A stretch of 64,000 bases of DNA from Methanomassiliicoccales archaeon (lineage in GTDB: Archaea; Thermoplasmatota; Thermoplasmata; Methanomassiliicoccales; UBA472): assembly GCA_035506675.1 (NCBI GenBank), contig DATJOX010000041.1, positions 36,475-100,474 of the forward strand, read 5' to 3'. How positions within the stretch are numbered: the first letter of the stretch is position 1; every line of letters starts with the position of its first letter. Of this stretch, positions 16,713 to 25,727 are shown one piece after another. A program made the translations under genes and the position numbers. The notes beneath the pieces are model-generated. The model saw nothing but the letters and a program-made list of their open reading frames with translations. It ran no database searches and was not told where the DNA came from.

Positions 16713-16819
16713 TGCCGGGGACGGGGTTCGAACCCGTGACCTTCGGATCTCCCTGGATGGGGTCTGGTTAGACTGAATCCCTATGAGTCCGACGCTCCAC
16801 CAGGCTGAGCCACCCCGGC
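16713..16819 (-). tRNA. tRNA-Met (CAU) elongator type, or tRNA-Ile2, with 33-nt intron
   Basis: Minus strand: GCCGGGG-UG-GCUC..GAGC-G-UCGGA-CU-CAU-A[intron]A-UCCGA-AGGUC-ACGGG-UUCGAAC-CCCGU-CCCCGGC-A. G1:C72 excludes an initiator. Confidence 0.88.
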
Positions 16820-16826
16820 GTTAGTG

Positions 16827-17621
16827 TCACTTCTCGTCGGAACTCTCGCTCTCCTTCGAGAGCTCCTCGGACTCCTCGGGGATCTCCTCTTCGCTGGGGG
16901 CGATCTCCTCGGTCTCCTCGGCCTTCGGGGCCTCCGCGGCAGGAGCGGCTGCCTCTTCAGGCTTCGGCTCCTCTGGTGGCGCCTCGATGATAGAGGTGTC
17001 CTGCGACGCCTTGCTTCCCATCTCGAGCACTTCGGTCTTGCGGATCTCGACGCGCTTGATCGGGACGATGACCTTAGAGACGTTGGAGAGCATGCGCGAC
17101 ATGTCGCCGGAAATGATCGACTTGACGAGGTCGGAGATGGTCATCTCCGCGGCTGCCTTCTGCGCCTCGGCCGTCATGAGGTTACGCACGGCGCTCTCTT
17201 GCGAGGCCTGAATGCGCTTGTCAGTGATGCTCATGGGCTTGATGCGGATCTTGTAGCCGTCCTTGGTCGTCACATCGATGACGTGGTCGGTCTTGGTCTT
17301 CTTACGCCTCGTGAGCCGGCGGATGTAGTCGCTGGTGAGGTCCTGTCCGACGAAGACGGTGTGCGCCTCGAACCCGCGCACGTCGTCCACGCGGAACTTG
17401 AGCTTCACGTGCATCTTGGAGAAGTCACCGGTTAGATCGTGCACGGTGACCTCGGTCATCCGGCCGATCAGGCTGGTGGCATCCGCGCTCGGCGTCTCCC
17501 CGAGGAGAGCCTGGTTGAACATCATAGGCGCGTGGATCTTGTACCACTCCTTCGCCTTCCATCGGTCCTTGACCTTGCGTGCGGCCGGTTTCGCTGCCGC
17601 CTTTTTCTTCTCATCGGCCAA
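16827..17621 (-). CDS. rps3ae: ribosomal protein eS1 (S3Ae) with acidic Pro/Glu-rich C-terminal tail
   Basis: KVKDRWKAKEWYKIHAPMMF...DLTGDFSKMHVKLKFRV is the typical S3Ae core. A ~55-aa tail follows: EAPPEEPKPEEAAAPAAEAPKAEETEEIAPSEEEIPEESEELSKESESSDEK. Confidence 0.88.
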   Translation of the reverse strand: MADEKKKAAAKPAARKVKDRWKAKEWYKIHAPMMFNQALLGETPSADATSLIGRMTEVTVHDLTGDFSKMHVKLKFRVDDVRGFEAHTVFVGQDLTSDYIRRLTRRKKTKTDHVIDVTTKDGYKIRIKPMSITDKRIQASQESAVRNLMTAEAQKAAAEMTISDLVKSIISGDMSRMLSNVSKVIVPIKRVEIRKTEVLEMGSKASQDTSIIEAPPEEPKPEEAAAPAAEAPKAEETEEIAPSEEEIPEESEELSKESESSDEK

Positions 17622-17724
17622 CTAATAGCCTCCGTGCTTCAGGCAGATTCGGAAACCCATCTACCTATTAAAGCTTTATCGGGTGGAGGCCCAGCACCCA
17701 AGGCCTTTGGAATCATGAACGACC

Positions 17725-18264
17725 TCACACTCCAGACGTAGCCGTGACCGACTCGCGCAAATCCGAGGAGGCGGCCACGAACCAAAGTATGAGGGCGAGA
17801 ATAAGGGGGTCGTGAGCACCTCCACCATTCCACTCGAGGAACATGTCGCCCGCCATTCCCTCGGGCAACAAACGAACGAGCACGATCACGATCTCCTTGT
17901 TGACCTCGTCGAGCATCACCCAACTCCGATGGACCGTGCCATTGGGATGAATGAAGAAACGCTTGCCCGAGGGCAGGAAGACTTCACTGGTCGCCTTTCC
18001 GCTGAGATCCATCTTTATGCTCGCTACTTGGCTTCCGCGAACGGCGGCAATGATCTCAACGTCAGGGCTCGACCCCGCCGGTCGTTCGAACCTGAGCATC
18101 TGCCCGTCGCACCATCCCTCTGCTGTCGGATTCACCAGACTTGTGAAACGCAGCCCTCCGATCAGGCCGTCCGCACCAATGAGTTGATAGGTGGAATCCG
18201 TTCCGTGAACGAGCGACCATCGCAGCCGGTTCTGTTGCTTGATGAGTCGACGGTTCATCGACAT
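17725..18264 (-). CDS. hypothetical protein
   Basis: 179-aa ORF with plausible codon usage. No family recognised. Confidence 0.4.
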   Translation of the reverse strand: MSMNRRLIKQQNRLRWSLVHGTDSTYQLIGADGLIGGLRFTSLVNPTAEGWCDGQMLRFERPAGSSPDVEIIAAVRGSQVASIKMDLSGKATSEVFLPSGKRFFIHPNGTVHRSWVMLDEVNKEIVIVLVRLLPEGMAGDMFLEWNGGGAHDPLILALILWFVAASSDLRESVTATSGV

Positions 18265-18332
18265 GCCAATCAGTGCCTCGACAGAAAAGCGTTCGGCTTA
18301 GTCAAATAGAGAGCGCCTGAAGCGGGGAGGCG

Positions 18333-18611
18333 CTACTTGCGCTCGCTTAGCACCCTATCCAGAGAACGCCGCGATATCGGCTCGAGCTCACAATCCTGCT
18401 CGGCGAGCCTCTTGTCCAGATCACCCACCGACCGCAAAGAATCCAAAAAGTAGGTCAGGTAGGACATCGTCCCCTCGACCTGCAGCGCCGCGAACTTGTC
18501 GCTCATCTTGAGTTCTCGCTTCAGGCGCCTGGCCTCCAAATTGAGGAATGGGCGCAGCTCCTCGGGCATCTCACCTACGGTGTACACGCCGACGAGCCGC
18601 GCTTTGAACAA
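18333..18611 (-). CDS. small hypothetical protein immediately downstream of hdrB
   Basis: 92-aa ORF starting 10 nt after the hdrB stop on the same strand. No family recognised. Confidence 0.4.
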   Translation of the reverse strand: MFKARLVGVYTVGEMPEELRPFLNLEARRLKRELKMSDKFAALQVEGTMSYLTYFLDSLRSVGDLDKRLAEQDCELEPISRRSLDRVLSERK

Positions 18612-18620
18612 GCCGACACC

Positions 18621-19472
18621 TCAGAGGTTGAACTTGACCTCGTGCGCTTCCAGGCCCAGCTCGTTCCTCGGCAGGCCGAACGCCATGCCATACAGCTGGG
18701 ACAGGTGGACGACCGGGATGTTGTAGCCGGGCAGGTCCTTCTGCGAGCGGTCGTACTGCAGGTGGCAGAACGGGCACACATCTAGGATCAACTGACCGTT
18801 GACCTTCTTGATGTTCTTGAGCTTCTCCTCGGTCATCTTCAGCGCGGTGGACGAGTTCCTCGAACGTACCCCGCCGCCGGCGCCGCAGCACATGATCTTG
18901 TCCTTGTAATTGATGCTCTTCGCGCCGGTGGCCTCGACCAGCTCGTCAAGGATGCGCGGGCGCTCCGGGTCATCGAGGTGCTTCACGCGCGAGGGCTTGA
19001 TGAAGTGGCATCCGTAGTGCACGGCGACGTTGTAGCTCAGGGGGTTCTTCACCTGGGCTTTGATCTTCTCCATCCCGATGTCCTTGTACAGGACCTCGGC
19101 GAAGTGGCGGACCTTCACGGTGCCGTTGTACTTCATGCCGACCTTGGCGAGGACTTCGTTGACCTCCTTCAGCTTTTCCGGGTGGTGCTGCAGGACATGG
19201 TTCGCCTCGAAAAGCGAGCCGAAGCAGCCGTTGCAGATCGTCATGAGGTCGACGCCCTTCTTCTCCGCCAAGGCGAGGTTCCTCGCTCCCAGCGCGAGCC
19301 AGGTCGTCTGATCGAAAGAGCGGATGACGCCGGGTGCAGGGCAGCAGCCCGCGCCCTCGAGCTCGACGAGCTCGACTCCGAGATGCTTGAACACCTCGCG
19401 GGTCGACTTCTCAATACCGGGGTACCTGTAAGGCGCGACGCATCCGAGGAACAGCGCGTACTTTCCGGACAT
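18621..19472 (-). CDS. hdrB: heterodisulfide reductase subunit B
   Basis: Two CCG domains (EGAGCCPAPG; IMCCGAGGG) with the typical HdrB N-terminus MSGKYALFLGC. The ATG overlaps the hdrC stop (TAATG). The 427-aa listed ORF is an alternate-frame extension across hdrC. Confidence 0.88.
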   Translation of the reverse strand: MSGKYALFLGCVAPYRYPGIEKSTREVFKHLGVELVELEGAGCCPAPGVIRSFDQTTWLALGARNLALAEKKGVDLMTICNGCFGSLFEANHVLQHHPEKLKEVNEVLAKVGMKYNGTVKVRHFAEVLYKDIGMEKIKAQVKNPLSYNVAVHYGCHFIKPSRVKHLDDPERPRILDELVEATGAKSINYKDKIMCCGAGGGVRSRNSSTALKMTEEKLKNIKKVNGQLILDVCPFCHLQYDRSQKDLPGYNIPVVHLSQLYGMAFGLPRNELGLEAHEVKFNL

Positions 19473-19993
19473 TACTTCTTCCCTCCCTTCATGAGCTTGT
19501 CGAATCCAGTGATCTCCATCACCTTGCGGAAGGATTCCTGCGCCTTCGGGTCGCCGGCGGTGGTCGGCGGGGCAGCGGGCAGGCCCATCTTCTTCCTGAG
19601 CTCCTTCATGTCGTCGCCGAACGGCACGGTCGAGCCGATCTTGAGCATGCTCTCGCCGATCTTCTTGTGCTGCTCGGACATGTAGCCGGCCTGCACGCCC
19701 ATGTTGCGGAGGATGAATATGATGTCGGTAATCTCGACCTCGCGCGGGCAGCGCTCGACGCACTGGTAGCACGTCGTGCACAGCCACAGCTCCTCGGTCG
19801 GGAGTACCTCGTCCTTCAAACCGAGCTGCGCGCGCCTGATGATCTGCCTGGTCCTGAAGGCCGTCAGCCTTCCGGACGGGCAGGACGCCGTGCACGTTCC
19901 GCATTGGTAGCAGGCCATGAGCGTGTCTCCGCCCGGCCCTCCGTTGATGACCTTCTTGGTGAATTCGGGGTCTGGTTCCACGACCTTTGCCAT
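19472..19993 (-). CDS. hdrC: heterodisulfide reductase subunit C
   Basis: Two 4Fe-4S motifs: CYQCGTCTASCP and CTTCYQCVERCP. Confidence 0.88.
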   Translation of the reverse strand: MAKVVEPDPEFTKKVINGGPGGDTLMACYQCGTCTASCPSGRLTAFRTRQIIRRAQLGLKDEVLPTEELWLCTTCYQCVERCPREVEITDIIFILRNMGVQAGYMSEQHKKIGESMLKIGSTVPFGDDMKELRKKMGLPAAPPTTAGDPKAQESFRKVMEITGFDKLMKGGKK

Positions 19994-20081
19994 GAGGTTA
20001 CACCTTGAGTCGAGGAAGGCCGGGACATTATATAAAGGGGTAAGGGAAAAGCGTCTGAGTATTACCTTAATAGGTTACGCT

Positions 20082-20894
20082 TCACAGACGCTCCCGCTTC
20101 AGCTCACGCAGCAACCAAGAGACCTCGGGCGTCTCCTCGCGATAGAGGGCGAGGATCTTGTGCTCGAGGAGGCTCGGGTCGGTGGCGGATGTGATCTTAG
20201 CGCCTTTGCGAAGAGCCAGACTTTCATTTATGAAGAAGCTTCGGTTCCCCTTCAACAGCGAGGTCAGCGAGCGCGTCGTTCCCTCGACACTGTACTTCAC
20301 GCCCTCGAAATCGAGATGGCGGAATCCGATCCTTTGCGCCCCATACTTGAAGCGCACGTAGCTCGGCCCGTGATCGACGTGCAGAAGGCGGTCCTCCGCG
20401 ACCTCCTCGAACCTCACGTCTTCCATCTCGTAGGCGCCGAGCGGATCGTCCAGTAGCACGACGTGCATCAGGCCAGCCTTGAAGTCCTTCAGATTCCGCT
20501 CGTCGTCCGATATCACCAGATCGTACTTCGCCTCGGAATCGAGCGCGGAAACGACGCCGAGAAGCAGCTCCTCGGTGAGGATGGTGCCCCCGACCACGAC
20601 GGACTCGCTGATCTTCATTCGCTCAAGGAGGGCCGCGTACTCGCGCGCAACCTCCTTCCCTTCCTCGGTCAGAACGGTGCCGACCGGAGAGGCCTGAAGG
20701 AGCTTCGTGCGACACTTAGCCTCCGTCTGAGCCAGATATCGGTGCAGGACCGGGACAGCGAGGCCGAGCTTCTCCGCCGCCTTCCTTTGGCTCCCTTGGC
20801 TGTAAACGGCTAACAGCACCTCGAGCTGCCTTGGGGTCATTGCGGCCCCATTTACCCTAAGTGATACAACCGGCTCGACCTGCACGGATAGCAA
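20082..20894 (-). CDS. LysR-type HTH transcriptional regulator-like protein
   Basis: LysR-like N-terminal HTH pattern: TPRQLEVLLAVYSQGSQRKAAEKLGLAVPVLHRYLAQTEAKCRTKLL...LTEEG. Divergent from the MFS gene. Confidence 0.5.
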   Translation of the reverse strand: MLSVQVEPVVSLRVNGAAMTPRQLEVLLAVYSQGSQRKAAEKLGLAVPVLHRYLAQTEAKCRTKLLQASPVGTVLTEEGKEVAREYAALLERMKISESVVVGGTILTEELLLGVVSALDSEAKYDLVISDDERNLKDFKAGLMHVVLLDDPLGAYEMEDVRFEEVAEDRLLHVDHGPSYVRFKYGAQRIGFRHLDFEGVKYSVEGTTRSLTSLLKGNRSFFINESLALRKGAKITSATDPSLLEHKILALYREETPEVSWLLRELKRERL

Positions 20895-20998
20895 GAGTGG
20901 CGGGTGATTACTTCAAGTTCGCGCTGGATGGGGTCCAAGGAGCAAACACAGCAAGGATTAAGGCCTCGGTACTGAGTGCCACTGCTCCGAGGCGCAGG

Positions 20999-22456
20999 AT
21001 GGACGACGAGAGGGGCTACCGGCGAATGGTCTTGCTGATCACCTGCATCGGGGCGTTCATGGCCCCGCTGGATAGCACGATCGTGAGCGTATCCCTGCCC
21101 GTGATGTCGCACAGCCTCAACATGGATTATGCGTCGATCATCTGGGTGCCGACGGCGTACCTGGCGGCGCTCGGAGTTCTCATCCTCGCAATGGGCAGGC
21201 TTTCGGACGTTCACGGGCGCAAGTCAATCTTCATGGCGGGCTTCGCGATTTTCGTGGCCGGCTCGTTCCTCTGCAGCATCGCAACGAATGGCAGCGAGCT
21301 GATCGTATTCAGGATAATGCAGGGCGTGGGGGCGGCGTTCTTCGGGGCGACCTCGCCGGCGATCCTCACCGATGTTTTCCCAAGGGCGGAGAGGGGAAAG
21401 GCCCTCGGATTCAACGCCATGTCGGTGTACGTCGGCCTCTCCCTCGGACCGCCTCTCGGCGGCTTCCTCACGAGCGCCCTCGGCTGGCAATCGATATTCT
21501 ACATCAACATCCCGATCGGGGCGGTCGTCATCCTGCTCGCTTGGAGGTACCTCAGGGAGGCGCCGCTGCAGTGTGAGTTCTGCAAGTTCGATTACGCCGG
21601 GCTACTGACCTTCGGCGTCGCCATCATAGGATTGCTAGTCGGCCTCACGCTAGGCGACCAATATGGTTGGACGAGTCCCGGAATAGTCGCACTCTTCGTA
21701 GTCGCGATTGCAGCTACGGTGGGCTTCGTCACGGTGGAGAGGCGAAAGGGCAGGAAGGGGCTCTTCGACCTCAGCCTGATGACGAAAAACCGTCTCTTCG
21801 CTTTCGCGAACATCTCTGCGTTCCTCGATTACGCAGCGTACTTTGGTGTCACGTTCATGATCTCGTTTTATCTCCAGGAGGTCCTGGGGCAGTCCGTGAT
21901 CGAGGCCGGCGGGGTTCTGCTGGTGATGCCCGTGACCATGGCGATCCTTTCGCCGATCAGCGGCTGGCTGTCCGATCGGATCGGTTCTAGGACGCTCTCG
22001 TCGGCCGGGATGTTCATCATTGGTGGAGGGCTGCTCGGGCTGAGCGCGCTGAGGGTCGATTCGAGCGTGGTGCAGGTATTGCTCGGGCTCTTTGTCATCG
22101 GAGTCGGCATGGGCATCTTCTCCTCGCCGAACACGAGCGCGGTGATGGGCTCGGTGGAGCGCACGCAGTTGGGAGTGGCCTCGGGTACCCTAGCGACTAT
22201 GCGGTTCGTCGGCCAGGCGGCGAGCCTCGCGATTATGGGGGCGATCGTCGCCTCGGTCGCGTCCGCCGGGATCCTGTCGTCGCTGTTCTCCGGTCTGCCA
22301 ATCAACGTGAGCGTGGCATCGGAGTCGTTCGTGAACGGAATGAGCCTCGCGTTCATCGTCTCCGCGGCAATCGCGTTCATTGGGGGGATAACGTCCCTGG
22401 CGCGTGGACCAACCCCGAAAAGAGCCGGTCCTGGCGGACCCGGAAGCCACGGATGA
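20999..22456 (+). CDS. MFS transporter, DHA2 (EmrB/QacA-like, 14-TMS type)
   Basis: LDSTIVSVSLPVM ... GRLSDVHGRK ... FRIMQGVGAA motifs with many TM helices. Start chosen at MDDERGY. Confidence 0.8.
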   Translation: MDDERGYRRMVLLITCIGAFMAPLDSTIVSVSLPVMSHSLNMDYASIIWVPTAYLAALGVLILAMGRLSDVHGRKSIFMAGFAIFVAGSFLCSIATNGSELIVFRIMQGVGAAFFGATSPAILTDVFPRAERGKALGFNAMSVYVGLSLGPPLGGFLTSALGWQSIFYINIPIGAVVILLAWRYLREAPLQCEFCKFDYAGLLTFGVAIIGLLVGLTLGDQYGWTSPGIVALFVVAIAATVGFVTVERRKGRKGLFDLSLMTKNRLFAFANISAFLDYAAYFGVTFMISFYLQEVLGQSVIEAGGVLLVMPVTMAILSPISGWLSDRIGSRTLSSAGMFIIGGGLLGLSALRVDSSVVQVLLGLFVIGVGMGIFSSPNTSAVMGSVERTQLGVASGTLATMRFVGQAASLAIMGAIVASVASAGILSSLFSGLPINVSVASESFVNGMSLAFIVSAAIAFIGGITSLARGPTPKRAGPGGPGSHG

Positions 22457-22509
22457 TCCCACCAAAAACCCAATAGGTTTTTATGCGGCACCTCGCTCCC
22501 CGAGGCGGA

Positions 22510-22974
22510 ATGAAACGCAAGCACCTCGTCATAGGCATCGGCTCGCCGCTAATCTCGGACGATGCGATCGGCATCCGGGTGGCGGAAGCGATCATGCGTC
22601 TCGAATTGCCCGACGTGGACGTCGAGGAGGCGAGCGTCAGTGGCCTGGATCTCATCGAGAAGATGATGGACTACAAGCGGGTGGTGGTCGTGGATGCGAT
22701 CGTGACCCACGATGACCCGCCTGGGACCGTGACCGTGCTCACGCCGAACGCGTTCTCCTCAACCGTGCACGGGGTAAACCCTCACGAGACCAACATCGCC
22801 ACCGCTCTGGAGCTCGGTCGCATGCTCGAACCGGAGCGATTCCCCAAGCAGATCTTCTTCGTCGCCGTCGAGGCCCTCAACACCGTCGACATCTCCGAGG
22901 AGATGACGCCGCCGTTGAAGGCAGCGCTTCCAGTGGCTGTCGACAAAGTGCTGGAGATACTGAGGCGGCCTTAG
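22510..22974 (+). CDS. hydrogenase maturation endopeptidase
   Basis: HLVIGIGSPLISDDAIGIRVAE ... VVVVDAI ... HGVNPHE is the HycI/HyaD/FrhD family pattern. Confidence 0.75.
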   Translation: MKRKHLVIGIGSPLISDDAIGIRVAEAIMRLELPDVDVEEASVSGLDLIEKMMDYKRVVVVDAIVTHDDPPGTVTVLTPNAFSSTVHGVNPHETNIATALELGRMLEPERFPKQIFFVAVEALNTVDISEEMTPPLKAALPVAVDKVLEILRRP

Positions 22975-24269
22975 AAATCGACCGCCGATAGCTGATCGAT
23001 CACGCCTTTGCTGCTCTTCCCGTTCGCGTGCAGAGCAAGCCCCATGTTCTCGCGCCTGAGGAGGGATTCGCTCACCCTGGCGATGTCCTCCTCCGTGACC
23101 TTTCCTACGCGGTCAAGGACCTGCTCTCCCGTCAGCGCCTTTCCCGTCTGCAGGTAGACCTCACCGAGGAAGAACATGCGATTCTCGACCGATGACTCCA
23201 GGCGCCGGACGATCATGCCCTTGAACCAGTGCTTGGCGCGGTCCAGCTCGTCCTTCTCCAGTCCATCTTCTTTGAGAGACCGAAGCTCCGAGGCGATGAT
23301 GCGCATCACCTCCACCGTCTCGTCCTCCGAGGTCGAGAAGAACAGGCTCGACATTCCAGTGTCGGAGAAAGCATAGGTCATCGAGTAGATCGAGTACACC
23401 AGCCCCTTCTCCTCGCGCACCTTCTGATAGAGACGCGAGGAGGTCCCGCCCGCGAGGATGCCGCTCACCAGGCCCTGTACGTAGCGGTCGGGATGCGAGG
23501 CCCTGACGCCAGGGAAACCGAGCGCCACGTATGCCTGATCACCTTCCCTGGGATGGAGCTCTATGCTCGGGTGGAAGGACGGAACGCGCCGCTCGGGCTT
23601 AGGTTTCGCTTTGGGCAAGGAATCGAAGCTCTCGCTCGCCCAGCGGACGACCTGGTCGACGTTCACCTTCCCCGTCGCCACCACCGCCATGTTCGGAGGC
23701 CGGTAGTTGCCGTTGAAGAACTCGCGGATCTGATCCGATCGCATCTCGTCGACGCACTTCACGTACCCCGCCTCCGGATCGGCCATCGGATTGCCCTTCC
23801 AAACCGTCTTCATGAGCAGGTCGTGGGAATAGGTGTCAGGGTCGTCCTCGGACATGCGTATCTCCTGCGTCACCACCTTCTTCTCCGTCCTGATGTCAGC
23901 ATCGCGCAGGAGCGGCGTCTGGATCATCTCGGCGAGAAGGCCTTGAGCGGTCGGCAGCGTCTCTTCGAGGGTCGAGACGTAGTAGGCAGTGACCTCCTTC
24001 GAGGTGTAGCCGTTCATCTCCCCTCCCGCCGACTCGATGTCCTGCGACATCTCCTTCGCGCTGTGCCCCTTCGTGCCTTTGAACAGCAGATGTTCGAGAA
24101 GATGGGCGACCCCGTGCTCGTCCGCCTTCTCGTCCCTCGAACCGACCGACATGTCCACCGCGACCGCTGCCGCCTTGGACCACGGAAGGACGTCGACCAG
24201 CACCGGCACCCCGCCGGGGGTCTTGATAACGCTCAGCTCCTCGATCTTTCCAGGCATGTGCATCCTCAA
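22971..24269 (-). CDS. M16 family zinc peptidase (pitrilysin-like)
   Basis: Inverted zincin motif HLLEHLLFKGT (HxxEH) with a downstream Glu. Confidence 0.8.
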   Translation of the reverse strand: MRMHMPGKIEELSVIKTPGGVPVLVDVLPWSKAAAVAVDMSVGSRDEKADEHGVAHLLEHLLFKGTKGHSAKEMSQDIESAGGEMNGYTSKEVTAYYVSTLEETLPTAQGLLAEMIQTPLLRDADIRTEKKVVTQEIRMSEDDPDTYSHDLLMKTVWKGNPMADPEAGYVKCVDEMRSDQIREFFNGNYRPPNMAVVATGKVNVDQVVRWASESFDSLPKAKPKPERRVPSFHPSIELHPREGDQAYVALGFPGVRASHPDRYVQGLVSGILAGGTSSRLYQKVREEKGLVYSIYSMTYAFSDTGMSSLFFSTSEDETVEVMRIIASELRSLKEDGLEKDELDRAKHWFKGMIVRRLESSVENRMFFLGEVYLQTGKALTGEQVLDRVGKVTEEDIARVSESLLRRENMGLALHANGKSSKGVIDQLSAVDF

Positions 24270-24388
24270 TTTGGGTTAGCACACGGAGGATACGCGATTT
24301 GAAGCTATTGCCGCCGAGGACGCCTCGCTGTCCTCGCTGTGAAGGATATAAGTAGGAGGGGGTGCGAAGCTCAAGCCAGGTGAACTGA

Positions 24389-25150
24389 TTGGCGAGCGAG
24401 ATGAAGCTTCACGAGTACAAGCAGCTCAGCTTCAAGAAGCCAATGGTCATCGTCGGGTTCCCGAGCGCAGGTTTGGTGAGCTCGATCGCCGCGAACTTCG
24501 TCGTGCGCACGCTCAAGCTCGAGAAGATAGCAACGATCCTCCATCCGGAGTTCCCGCCCTACGCGCTCGTGCACGAAGGCGAGATCTCGCCGCCGGTACG
24601 CATCTATGCAGGGAGCAGGGTGTGCGACGGCACCGGTGAGGAGTGCGAGCAGCTCATCGTCATCACGACCGAGTTCATGCCCGCGCCCCACCTACTCCGC
24701 CCTCTGAGCGACGCCATTGTCGAGTACTGCCGTCGGAACGATGTCAACACCATCGTCGCCCTCGAAGGCATGAACGTGGGCGAGAGCCCGGAGAAGCGCG
24801 AGGTGCTCGCCATCGCCACTGGTGAGAGGTGCCGGCGCATGCTCGAGAAGTACGGAATGAAGGAGCTCAAGGAGGGAATGGTGAGCGGGATCTCGGGCGT
24901 TCTTCTCTACGATGCCGATCGCTTGGGCTTGGACCTGATATGCCTGCTCGGACCGGCGCGCATGGACTATCCGGACGCGAGAGGAGCAGCGCGCCTCATC
25001 GAGAACGTCGCGAAGATGCTGCCGGAGCTGAAGTTGGACCCGGAGCCGCTGTTTAAGGAAGCGGAGCAGATCGAGAAGGACATGCGCGCGGCGGTGGAGG
25101 GGCTGCGCCAGGCGCAAAGGCCTTCGGAAGAGTCGGTCATCTACAGCTAG
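24389..25150 (+). CDS. PAC2 family proteasome-assembly-chaperone-like protein
   Basis: KKPMVIVGFPSAGLVSSIAANFVVRTLKLEKIATILHPEFPP is the typical PAC2 (DUF75) N-terminus. Confidence 0.7.
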   Translation: MASEMKLHEYKQLSFKKPMVIVGFPSAGLVSSIAANFVVRTLKLEKIATILHPEFPPYALVHEGEISPPVRIYAGSRVCDGTGEECEQLIVITTEFMPAPHLLRPLSDAIVEYCRRNDVNTIVALEGMNVGESPEKREVLAIATGERCRRMLEKYGMKELKEGMVSGISGVLLYDADRLGLDLICLLGPARMDYPDARGAARLIENVAKMLPELKLDPEPLFKEAEQIEKDMRAAVEGLRQAQRPSEESVIYS

Positions 25151-25181
25151 TTGCGCTCTTCCAGTCATCCGCGCCATACGC

Positions 25182-25193
25182 ATAGTTAATTAG
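25182..25193 (+). promoter_or_regulatory. TATA-like box upstream of the GTPase gene
   Basis: atagttaattag is centred ~30 nt upstream of ATG 25218, implying a leaderless or near-leaderless mRNA. Confidence 0.4.
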
Positions 25194-25217
25194 CGCGCAC
25201 GGGGATACTTCGGGGAA

Positions 25218-25727
25218 ATGGAGCGCAAGCGGATCATCAGGAAGGTCTGTCTTCTGGGCGACGGCGGCGTCGGCAAGACCAGCCTCGTCAGGCGTTACGT
25301 CGAGGATATCTTCAACGACAAGTACATCGTCTCTTTCGGCACGAAGGTCTCGAAGAAGGTTCTGAACATCGACGACGTCGAGCTGACGCTCATGATCTGG
25401 GATGTGCTCGGGCAGAAGAGCGACGACTCGCTGCATGCCGCCTATTACAAAGGCGCGAACGGCGCGATGCTCGTGGCGGACCTCACCAGACGGGAGACGC
25501 TCGAGCACCTGACGAAATGGCGGAGCGATTTCCTGAACGTCGAGAAGAGCGCAAAGACGATCATCGTGGGCAACAAGGCCGATCTGGAGATGGCCGTGAC
25601 CCCCTCGGACCTCGCCGCGCTGTCGAAGGCGCTCGGATCGCCGCTGCAAAGGACCTCGGCGAAGACCGGGGAAGGCGTGGAGCGAGCCTTCGAGCAGCTC
25701 GGCCAGAAACTGCTAGAGAGTGGTTGA
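25218..25727 (+). CDS. Ras-superfamily (Rab/Ras-like) small GTPase
   Basis: G1 GDGGVGKT, G2 candidate Thr in SFGTKV, G3 WDVLGQ, G4 GNKADL, G5 TSAKTG. No C-terminal Cys lipidation motif. Confidence 0.85.
   Translation: MERKRIIRKVCLLGDGGVGKTSLVRRYVEDIFNDKYIVSFGTKVSKKVLNIDDVELTLMIWDVLGQKSDDSLHAAYYKGANGAMLVADLTRRETLEHLTKWRSDFLNVEKSAKTIIVGNKADLEMAVTPSDLAALSKALGSPLQRTSAKTGEGVERAFEQLGQKLLESG

Noticed and set aside
19473-19904. N-terminal 144-aa extension of the hdrB ORF (listed as 18621..19904)
   Set aside because: The extension runs through hdrC in another frame. HdrB homology begins at MSGKYALFLGC (ATG 19472), which overlaps the hdrC stop.
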